In this document: in pieces, positions 1-9,709 of the stretch
Layout of the letters: every line of letters starts with the position of its first letter
Position numbering within the stretch: the first letter of the stretch is position 1
NCBI GenBank assembly: GCA_023213395.1
Contig: CM041465.1
Span: 162,261,741-162,325,740, forward strand
From: Cycas panzhihuaensis
Lineage: Eukaryota; Plantae; Cycadophyta
Reading direction: 5' to 3'
DNA: 64,000 nucleotides
Program-made: the position numbers and the translations under genes
Notes under the pieces: generated by a model
What the model saw: the letters and a program-made list of their open reading frames with translations, nothing else
What the model was told of the DNA's origin: nothing
Database searches by the model: none

Positions 1-81
1 ACTTTTGCTGTCTTGTTTTTTGTGCATACTTTGTGTGATTGGAACCTTGGTGGAAGCTGGCTTGAAAGCCACTTCTCTTCG
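1..81 (+). repeat. 3' end of the 5' LTR of Copia A
   Basis: tttgtgcatactttgtgtgattggaaccttggtggaagctggcttgaaagccacttctcttcg aligns with the end of the 3' LTR (...aaaagccacttcccttca, 6789). Confidence 0.9.
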
Positions 82-83
82 CT

Positions 84-95
84 TGGTATTAGAAC
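84..95 (+). promoter_or_regulatory. Primer-binding site (tRNA-iMet type, degenerate)
   Basis: TGGTATTAGAAC vs canonical TGGTATCAGAGC, 2 nt after the LTR end. Confidence 0.8.
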
Positions 96-119
96 AAGGT
101 TGTAACCTTCATTGCAGGC

Positions 120-530
120 CTACAATTTAAGCCTTTCCATGTATGCCAGTCTTGTATCTTTATTTGTCTTATTGACTTTGTTCCATGTAAGGCAATTTAT
201 CGTTATCTAAAAGTCTATTCCACAAATCAATCACCATCCTATAAATTTCATGATCTGTTTGTGTGTGAATCTTTTTTAACCTAGCACGTTGCTCAACATA
301 GAAGAAGTTGTAACAATTTCTTGTTGATTGGGGACCATTTGGATCTCTCTTATGTATTTGTTTCTTCTTTTTAGCGACTTGCACCTCAAACCCAAGTAGC
401 CATTATCAAATTTACAATTAATTGCTCCTATCATAATCTACCCAATAGATGCACCGGGATCCACTCCAAACAATTGACTTGGATCAATTCTCTTTTTCCT
501 TCTCTTTATACTGTGCTCATAGATCTCCTA
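120..530 (-). pseudogene. Captured fragment of a plant ARID-HMG (HMGB9/10/11/15-like) gene: linker motif plus HMG box
   Basis: ORF 169-384 KRDPNGPQSTRNCYNFFYVEQRARLKKIH...EIYRMVIDLWNRLLDNDKLPY resembles RDPxHPKPNRSGYNFFFAEQHARLK...REISRMIGELWNKL. It continues DK*RYKT..AYMERLKL. Upstream KRRKKRIDPSQLFGVDPGASIG*IMIGAINCKFDNGYL resembles the GVIDGKFxxGYL linker motif. Confidence 0.8.
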
Positions 531-1880
531 GGAATTGAATTATGTGAGTGGGAAACACTAACACCCACCTTGTGGTGAGAGTACATTCACCATTTAAGTT
601 CTAGAATATCATATGTTTCAAAGATAGATGGGTTTGAAGCATTTATAGGGGCTATATGGAAATATCCAGTATTGCCTATAGGCTTCTCAAATGCAGCAGG
701 AAGTTGATTAGTGATTTCATTTTCCATGGACTTCATAGTCGGATGGGGAGCAAGCAATGGACCAGCAGGGGTGCAAGTTGTCCTTAAGCTCTCGTTAGAT
801 CTATGTCCTCCAAGCTATCCTATTCCACCGCAACAGAGCCTGCAATAATTGAGGCAACAAATTCCTCCAACCAACATTGCACCACATTTTTCACATCTCC
901 ATGCCCATTTGACAACCCAATTATAGGCATAAATAAGGGAGGCTTAACTGCATCTTATCATCCAAAAAGGATTCAAGCTCATTTAGTTCCCACGTAGTAC
1001 GAGATAGAGTGTGATTTGGCCAAAACTATAGAGATTTAGAGATTTTTCCTATTGGACTAACACACAGATCATTCAATGGAGGCTGGAGAATGAGCTGACT
1101 TGACGACTGTCTTCAAGTTTATATGCAGATTGGACAATAATTATTGAATTCCCAATCTGATCTTTATGCATTGATCTCGATCATTTGCAGGGTCGGCTGG
1201 TAATCATCTGCAAATTTCGAATCACTCTGGCCTTTTGCAAAAGCATTTGCAATAAACACATGACTTTCATGATTTCATGGTGATCAATAAGATTATTAGA
1301 GGCACAAAAAATTCTGGGCGATTGTTGAAGACAGTTGTTCGATCTTCAGTTAGAGGGGAAGTTGCAAAGATCGATTGATTGATTCAGTTGTAGAGAGAAA
1401 CTTGGACGACTTTCCATAGTTTCACTTGCTTGCCATTCTCTGTGCAATTGATGAAACCTATCAATGTGACCATTCATTGTGATCCTCATTGAGTCTAGAC
1501 CTCAGATATAGTGCCAGATTACAATTCTAGAGCTTTGTTGAAGAGAACTTCTTGCCTGTATCCTATTTTCATTGCTCTTTTTTTTAAACCTGTTGTTAAT
1601 TTTTTTTTTCTATAGTTTATAAAACCATAGGTTATATAATTTAGAATATTCATATAATATTCCCTTTTTAATATTAGCCTCCATGCTAAAGTTTCATTTT
1701 TTAATATTTTTTAATCATTTTTAGCCCATTTTAAGTCATTTTGAACCCCTTTTTTGATTTGTTTTAGACAATTTTTCAAATTTTCTACAGTTATTTTTAG
1801 TTTTTTATTATATTTCTCTCTAAAAATATAGAAAATTATAAATTTTAATATAAAAACTTGAAAGATTAAGAAAGACGAAA

Positions 1881-2363
1881 TCCTAAGTGAACCACCCTCA
1901 TTACCAGTCTTGCAAGGGAAACAGTTAGGACCCTTGAAGGTACCACTCCTGCACATGCTATTGTACTTTCTTGAACTCTACGGACCATAGGGGAGGCAAT
2001 AGATATTAGGTGTATTGAGTGGCAGACTGAGGTGTTTATCTGAAAACCTTGGAGTTTGAAAACTAGGCTAGACTCGAAGAGGGTGAGTTCTTTGGTTGTA
2101 AGTGTGCCCTTAGACGAGGATTTGTCGTTTAGGCCACAAATCTGACACAAATGGGTCAATAATGTCGAGGGGGACGATAGAGTCTTCAGTAGTGCCCACA
2201 TGCCTTCGAGTATATAGAATCCCAAAGTTGCCACTTGTGAGTAGGTACACCATCAGACATAATCGTCTCAACTACCAGGTGATATTAGGCATGGAGACAC
2301 TTAGACTATAGCCACTAGATTAGCAAACCTGTCTAGGTAGACAGGACATATATCTTAGACAAA
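1881..2363 (+). ncRNA. Conserved structured leader RNA immediately upstream of Copia gag (copy A; IRES or packaging candidate)
   Basis: Colinear sequence blocks are shared with 9180-9688. Pseudoknot 1881-1889/1922-1930 plus 1913-1918/1931-1936; long helix 2009-2025/2228-2251; several hairpins. Confidence 0.65.
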
Positions 2364-5300
2364 ATGGCACTTCAAATAGTCGCAACTAACACAATTAAAT
2401 TATCAAGCAGTGATCATTTCTTGGCTTGGAAGAAACAAGTCAAGAACATTCTGATAATAAACAAATTCTAGGCTTATGTTTCTAGTAAAATTTCCATGGC
2501 TAAAGACACCCTAGATCCTAATGATTCCAATGTTGTCATTCCTATTGATCTTGATGTTTTAGCCTGCTTTAAAAATTTTGATGAAATTGACTTTTCTTTC
2601 TTACACCTATCCTGCGAAGATAATGTTAACCAAAACATTGAACTTGCCTCCACTTCTGCTAAAGCTTGGGACATAATTTGTGCACTGTATGAAAGGAAGG
2701 ACAATGTGAGAGCTATCATGCTCAAAGTTCAACTCAATACCTTTTGTAGGATCAATAGTAGCCCACCTGACATAGATCAAATCAATGAAGAACCAATTGA
2801 GTGTTATGGGACAACCACCTGATGATAATGATCTTATATCTTGTATAGTCAATGTTTTGCCAGTTGGATATAATTCCCTTATATTCAACCTATCTCATAT
2901 TGATTGTCTTGCCACACTTGATTTCAACACCTTTGAAGGTCTTCTACTTCAAGAGGAATGCATATTGAACGGATTGGGAAATTCAGGTGCTTCCTCTTCA
3001 ACTCTAGCCTTTGCAGCATATCATAGAGGGAGACAACAATATCCATCCTTAATCAACAATTTAGTTCAATGAATTTGAACCAACATGCATATCAACAATG
3101 TCAACAATGGCCTCAATATCCTACTCAAGTTGTTTCTCACTACTGTGGAAAACCCGGTCACATTGTAGATGATTGTAGGAAAAAAAAAGTTGATCTACAA
3201 TAGCAACAACACTAGAATCGCCCTACCACTCGAGGCAATTAGAATCGTCTACATGGTAATTATCAAGGACCAAGGAGACAAAACCAAAATGACTATCAAG
3301 GACCAAGGATACAAAACCAAAATACCCCTTGGGGCAATCAATAGAATAGAAATCACAATCAGAGAGGAAATTAGAATCAAGGTGGCCAGATGGTCGATTC
3401 ACAAAACCTTTTCTTTGTTGCATCAACTGCACATCATTCTAACAAATCTTGGTTGATAGATTCTGGAGCCTCTCATCATATGACAAGTTCCAAAGATTTA
3501 CTTATAGATACAAGGCCAATATAAGACCAATCAGTTACATTTGGAGATGATGTCATTTTAGAGGTTTCCAAGATTGACAATGCTCTTATATATTTGAAGA
3601 ATTCTGACATTAGACATCACCTTAATAATGTCTTCTATGTCCCTAACATGACATGCAATCTATTATCAATTATCCAAATAAATAAACAAAACTTTAATAT
3701 TTTGTTTAGTCACCTTGGAAAATGTTTGATTAGAGATTTAAATGGTAATTTGATTGCCTCTAAATATGAAGACCAAGGCTTATATAAGCTTGATATAATC
3801 TCAAGACCTATGTTCTTGCAAAATGATATTGGCTCTTGTAGTGACACAACTTCCACTTCTTATACTTCTGCTTCCACTTCAAATACTAATGAACAATCTG
3901 CTTCAAAGGCACTTGTTTCTTAGAGACTACCAAAAGACTAATTGTGGCATTGAGTTGGGATCTGGAAAGCCAATCAAAATCCTTTGCTGTGATAATGGAG
4001 GTGAATACACTTATAGAGAATTCACCCAGTTTTACAAGGATAATGGTATTAAACGATAGTTTTCTGCCCCTTACACATCTTAGCAAAATGAAGTTGTTGA
4101 GCATATGAATTGGACCTTGGTTAGCAAAGGCAAAGCCATGCTTGCCACAAAAAATATGGGACTTCAATTTAGGGTTGAAGCCCTTAACACGACCGCCTGT
4201 CTCACAAATCGAAGTCCAACCAAGGTTGTTTTGAATATTACACCCGAGGAGGCCTTGCTAGGTTAAAAACCCACAGTTTCACATTTGCGCACCTTCGGTT
4301 GTACAACATATATGCTTATACCAAAAGAACAAAGAAAGAAGATGGATGACAAAAGTAGGAAATGTATTTTCATTGGCTACCAGTCGGGTTGCAAAGCCTA
4401 CAAACTTTATGATCTTGCCACTAAGCTAATGTATACATCTCAGATTGTCAACTCTTTAGAAGAGAACCTAGACTTGGACTTGACTCAGCTTTTATTTTTT
4501 GATGATCAAGTTGCAGTAATTTCTACTTTGCCTCCTGCTATAGAGAATGTTCCTGCAATTCAATTGCCTCCATCAACAAAATATACACTTGGTACTTCAT
4601 TTGTGCCTCCTACCTCTACTTCAATGATTCCTTCAAAAGATGTTCAAGAGGTCACTTCAAAGCAACTCCCTAAATGGTACTTGTAGATAATCTCTTCTAC
4701 TCTATCACCTCCATAACAAAATAAGAGGCAACCCAAATATAGGTCATCCACTAACTTTGCCTTAATAGCAGAAGTGTTATAAGCTCCTGAACCTACCACT
4801 TTTGAAGAAGTTGTTACAGATCAAAAGTGGCAAGCAACCATGAATGAGGAGATGGATTCCATTTTGTAAAACGACACTCGGGAGTTGGTTGAGTTTCCTG
4901 ATGGAAAGAAATCAATTGATTGCAAATGGATTTATAAAACAAAATTTCATGTAGATGGCTCCATTCAACATGACAAAGCACGATTGGTTGCCAAAGGTTT
5001 CAAATAAATTGAGGGCATCGGTTATGACGATACGTTTGCCCCTATTGCGAACATGACCATTGCCAGGCTTGTTTTGGCTTAGTAGCTCAATTTAATTGGC
5101 CTGTCTTTCAAATGGATGTGAAAAACACCTGCTTGAATGGTGACTTACAAGAAGAAGTGTACCTAAATCAACCTCCTAGCCATGTTGTTCATGGAAAAGA
5201 ACATCTTGTTTGCAAGTTGAAAAACACTCTTTGTGGTCTTAAGCAATCACCTCGCGCTTAGTATGCAAAGACAGATGAGTACTTTTAAAAGCATGGATTG

Positions 5301-6330
5301 TACGCTCATCCTCAGATCCAAATTTGTACATCAAAATTCAAGATAACTTGATCACTCTGGTTGTAGCATATGTTGATTATTTGCTAATAATAGGTAATGA
5401 TGCAAAGTGGATTTCATACCTCCAAGGAGAATTGTATAACAACTTTGAGATGACTGACCTTGGGTTGTTTCATTACTTTCTTGGCATAGAAGTTTGGCAG
5501 TAGCAAGGCCACATTTTTCTTTCTCAGTCTAAATATGCAAGAGAGATCCTTCAAAAGCTTAGAATGGAGGAATGTAAGCTATCACCAACTCCTATGGAGA
5601 CTGGACTAAAGTTGGATATTGAAGAGCATAGTAAAACCGGCGATCCCACTTTGTATAGGTAGCTTATGGGGAAATTAATTTACCTCACACATACTTGACC
5701 TGATATTTCATATGTTGTTAGGATCTGCTTTAGGTTTATGACACAACCCAAGATTTCACACTGGAAAGCAGTTATGAGAATCCTAAGATATATTCATAAT
5801 TCATTTCAATTTGGACTTAATCATTGCCAAGTGGACAATCCTTCTTTGCCAGACTACACAAATGCTAATTGGGTTGGTTACAAAAATAGCCATAGATCAA
5901 CCTCAAGCTATTGCTTTAACCTGGGTTTTGCCTCTATTTTTGGAGTTGTAAAAAGCAACCAAATGTCACTTAATCCTCCATTGAAATAAAGTACAAAGCT
6001 ATTGTCAGTGTAGCTATAAAGGCTATCTAGCTTAGAAAGATTCTTGAAGAGCTTGGTATTGATTAGACACAAGCTACTACTCTTTTTTGTGACAAGCAGA
6101 GTGTTCTCAAATTGACCAAGAATCCTATGTTCTATGCGAGAACAAAACATATCAAGGTTTACCATCACTTTATGAGGGAGCAGGTTCTGGATGGTAAGAT
6201 TGATTTGGTTTACAAGTTGACCGATGAACAGATTGTTGATATCTTCACGAAAGCACTTCATCGTGACAAATTAGAATGGTTTTGGCATGGTCTTAGTATC
6301 AGAATTAATAAACTCATCATTAAGGGAGGG
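2364..6330 (+). pseudogene. gag-pol: Copia A gag-pol, with stops, frameshifts and an internal deletion near 3950
   Basis: MALQIVATNTIKLSSSDHFLAWKKQVKNIL start; knuckle (S)HYCGKPGHIVDDC; protease WLIDSGASHHM; integrase DNGGEY; KMDDKSRKCIFIGY; RT QMDVK and YVDY; RNase H ARTKHIKVYHHFMRE. Confidence 0.93.
3261..3326 (+). repeat. 33-bp tandem duplication in the gag C-terminus
   Basis: tatcaaggaccaaggagacaaaaccaaaatgac followed by tatcaaggaccaaggatacaaaaccaaaatacc. Confidence 0.9.
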
Positions 6331-6789
6331 TGATAGAAGAATTAATGTTGAATTCATTAATTCGCCTTAGCCTTTTTTAAATGTATTGTACATTTGTAAT
6401 TTAAAGTTGTGTTAGTAAAGTTAGTACATTGTTAAGGGTAATTTTGTCATGTTAGTGGTTAGTTACAACTTGAGGTTGTGAGCTTAAGTACATGGGGTCA
6501 TATTTGCTCACACCTCATTGTAACACACATGTAAGTTGATCATACAAGGTCCCAAATGTCACCTTGCATGATCAGCTCTTCATATTCCTTTGCCTCTCTC
6601 ATAATTGTTAATATTTTGTATATACAAGGCATAACTCCATGTAATATAATATGTGTGATGAATGAAGGTTATAATGTTGGATTTGGAGGATTGGGGAATT
6701 TAACCTCACTTTTTTTTGTCTTATTTTTTGTGCATACTTTGTGTGATTGGAGCCTTGGTGGAAGCTAGCCTAAAAGCCACTTCCCTTCA
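6331..6789 (+). repeat. 3' LTR of Copia A
   Basis: Starts with TGATAG directly after PPT AGGGAGGG, ends CCTTCA, and matches 1-81. Confidence 0.9.
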
Positions 6790-7658
6790 CCATAGTCAAA
6801 TTTAGGTCTATCTTTTTTTTCTCTTTCCTCATTGTTGTGGTGAGAATTTTCCCTGTGGTGAAACTCTTTGTCCTTATTATTGTCCTTAGGCTTCATAGTT
6901 TCTATTAATCCTCTTGTTTACAAGGCCTTATTTATGGCAGCGAGTTGCTTTGTAAATTCCTCAAATTCTTTTGTTACTGCTTTGCGTAGTTGATTGTGCC
7001 TTTGAATGATTTGGTCATTATGTTAGTGACTCTTCTATTGACGTCCTATACTATGACTGATTGCTAGTTCACCATTTTTCTAGTTGCTACTGTTTTCTCA
7101 AATCTTAATTCAGCTATTAGGAAAAAAAATTAGCAATTTTTTTAAGCACTATAATGTCTCATTTCTCTCTCTACTTGGTTTCTTGGTAGTTGAAAAAGGT
7201 TCTCTATTGTTGTTCTTTTCTTATTTGTTGGCTGGAATTTGCTTTTGGATTGCAAAAGCCAAGTTTGATTGATTGCTGAAAATATAATTTTATTAATAAT
7301 TTTTGAAGTTTTGATAATAGAAATTTCTCTTTTGATAGTAGAAATCCAAATTTTTTATCACAAAAATTAACCTTTTGGTTGATAATCTTTGATGTATGAG
7401 TGCAAAATGCTATCTTTTGATGGAAGAATTTAGAATTCTTGAATGTAGAAAACTGATTTCTATAGTTGAAATGAAGTGTTTGACTACTGAAACTAAATCC
7501 TTCATAATTGAATGTCCTTGATTATGAGGTTTTGATTCCACTAATGGGAACTCCAACCAGAACGTTACACCAAATCAATGAAAATAATCCAGTACTTGTA
7601 CTATTTTCAAATAAGACAATATTTTTTGATAGAAAAGAATCATTAATTATGGACCATA

Positions 7659-8061
7659 TGTTAAAACATAATGTTTAATGTATATATGGTGTACACATGC
7701 ACTTCCCACCATTCACCTACTTCAAGATATGTAAGATGCATACATATCCATGCTATCTCACTATTGGATGATGTAAAGGTTCATTGTATGTGATAGGCTA
7801 CTCATGAGGTGATTATCACTATATATTTATACTCTCACCACTTGAGAACTTGAGAAAGGAGAGGGGAGAAAGATGTAATTCTAATGATCATAAGTGGAGT
7901 CCTAACTCCACCTTCTCCCGTGTTTTTTTCCACATTGAGTTTTCTACGTATAAATCTTGCTGTCTATCTTATGGTGATGATTATGTTTGATGATGTTTAC
8001 TTTACATGTTTGATATTTTATACTCATGAATTAATATTATTGCATCTTCATACTTTTAACA
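7659..8061 (+). repeat. 5' LTR of Copia B
   Basis: TGTTAAAA...TTTTAACA terminal inverted repeat, followed directly by TGGTATCAGAGCC. Confidence 0.85.
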
Positions 8062-8108
8062 TGGTATCAGAGCCATGCATGCATATTTTTTAACATGGTA
8101 TCAAAGCT
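8062..8108 (+). promoter_or_regulatory. tRNA-iMet PBS, tandemly duplicated together with the LTR end
   Basis: TTTTAACA-TGGTATCAGAGCC at 8054-8074 and TTTTAACA-TGGTATCAAAGC at 8088-8107. Confidence 0.85.
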
Positions 8109-9179
8109 TGTATGTGCCTGATTTAAAAGTATTTTGGTGATTTTAGTTGATTTTGCTCTATTCCTTTACATTCTTTGGCAAATCTAAGTTTTGTACAACG
8201 TTGAAGCTAAGAGCAATTGGTTCCAGTCATTTACAACCTCTTATAATAGTTTGTTCATTTGTTTGCACTCATTTAGGGTTTGGATCTACGTTTTCTGAAG
8301 AAAACGAATGAAAAATCACGTTTTTCATTCGCTACAACCCTAATATTGATTAGTCCTTCTTGTTGGAGCTTCATTTATCCTTTTGGCAGCCCTAAACCCA
8401 TTCTTACTTATTGTTAGAAAATATTTGAGATGGTTTAAGGTTTTATTTTGCTTAGTTTTGCTTATTTAGGCTCCCATAGCCCCCTAGACTTCTATAGCTC
8501 CATTCTCCTCAATACAAGCTTCTTTTTCAAAAATTCCATTTCCATTGAGTGCCTCTCATCATTGCATCCCTTTCTCTAAAATTTTGTCTCATTCCGAGGC
8601 CATTTGATCTTCCTTTAGGGCTCCACACTTTTGCTTTGGTTTGTCGTTTTTGCATGCAGGTCACACAAGCCTCAAGAAAGGTACCTGCGCTATTTCTACG
8701 ATATCCTTGTAACCGTTTATTCGATTTGTGAACCGTCTAAAGCATTGGAAAGCTGATTCACAACTCTACAGTTTAGAATCAAATTTAGCTAGATTTGGAG
8801 TTGATTTGAAGGAGATATTAACTGCTCAAGTTGACCCTTATGTTTGAGCTATTTGAGCCTTACGTTTCAAGATTTGAAGGCATTTTTCAGTTTTCTTGAG
8901 GTTCTTTTGCTAGATTAGGTTGTGCCTTATCATTTTTAGCTGTTCAATTCTAATTTTTAAGGCTAATTAAGTGCATTATGATGTTTCATATGTAGGTGTT
9001 GCTTTTAGAAGGTTGAAAATGTTAACTCTCAAAGCTTGGTCCATCAAGAGCATTCTAAACCTACCCTTATCATTTCAATTTGTTCTATTTCCTTTTCATT
9101 TCATTTATTGATTTAAAAGGAACCTCTTGTGTGTAAGAAATTCACTCAAAAATTAAATTTTCACATTAAAAAATATAAC

Positions 9180-9688
9180 TCCCGAATTGAACCCCCATTT
9201 CCAGCAGTGCAAGGGGAACAATTAGGACCCCTTAAGTTACCACCACGCACACGCCCTTGGCCTACTCATATTGGATGAGGAATATCATTGGCTATAAGGT
9301 GTAATAGGTGGCAGGCTAAGAAGAGATCTTATCTTTTGGAGTTTGGAGACTAGGCTAGACCCAGGGGAGTGAGTGTCTTGGTTGGTAAGTTGTCACCGCT
9401 AGATCTGTTATTCGGCATAAGACCGATGCAGGTGGGGAAACAAATCAGGGGGGTCTTAGGACCTTTTTAGCACCCAACGTATTGAGGTATATCAAGCCTT
9501 TGAGCTCATGTACTAGTATATCAGGTCCCTGGTTTGCCACTTGTGGGCAGGCACCATTAGACAGGATAACAACCAAGAGATTTCTTGGAGACCCTTTGCC
9601 TTAAAATTCCATATTAGAAGCCACTTAGGTAGATTAGTACCTCATCACACAAAAATTTAAAGACATCAAACATGGAAACCTTTCAAAC
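9180..9688 (+). ncRNA. Conserved structured leader RNA immediately upstream of Copia gag (copy B)
   Basis: Homologous to 1881-2363. Pseudoknot 9180-9189/9219-9227 plus 9211-9216/9228-9233; helix 9306-9316/9532-9542. Confidence 0.65.
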
Positions 9689-9709
9689 ATGGCATTACAA
9701 ATACTGTTT
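9689..9709 (+). pseudogene. gag: First codons of Copia B gag (MALQILF), truncated at a junction
   Basis: ATGGCATTACAAATA = MALQI, the same N-terminus as Copia A gag (MALQIV), at the equivalent position after the leader. Confidence 0.65.

Larger units (their letters stand above)
1..6789 (+). mobile_element. Ty1/Copia LTR retrotransposon A, decayed; 5' LTR runs off the window
   Basis: 1-81 matches 6710-6789 (LTR 3' end). A PBS-like TGGTATTAGAAC follows, then domains in Gag-PR-INT-RT-RH order, PPT AGGGAGGG and a 3' LTR with TG...CA ends. Confidence 0.93.

Noticed and set aside
1911-1960. AGGACCCTTGAAGGTACC...TGCACATGCT looks like part of the picornavirus type II IRES J-K region
   Set aside because: Short match at the wrong end of the element and only partly kept in copy B. 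Insufficient to claim homology.
2328-2355. CCTGTC-TAGGTA-GACAGG hairpin with downstream TATCT resembles the dicistrovirus IGR-IRES PKI tRNA mimic
   Set aside because: Not reproduced in copy B, and the codon after the putative pseudoknot is TAG and out of frame with gag. Treated as a probable coincidence.
8270-8400. TTTAGGG/CCCTAAA motifs as interstitial telomere or telomerase template
   Set aside because: Isolated single copies, common in plant leaders, with no array.
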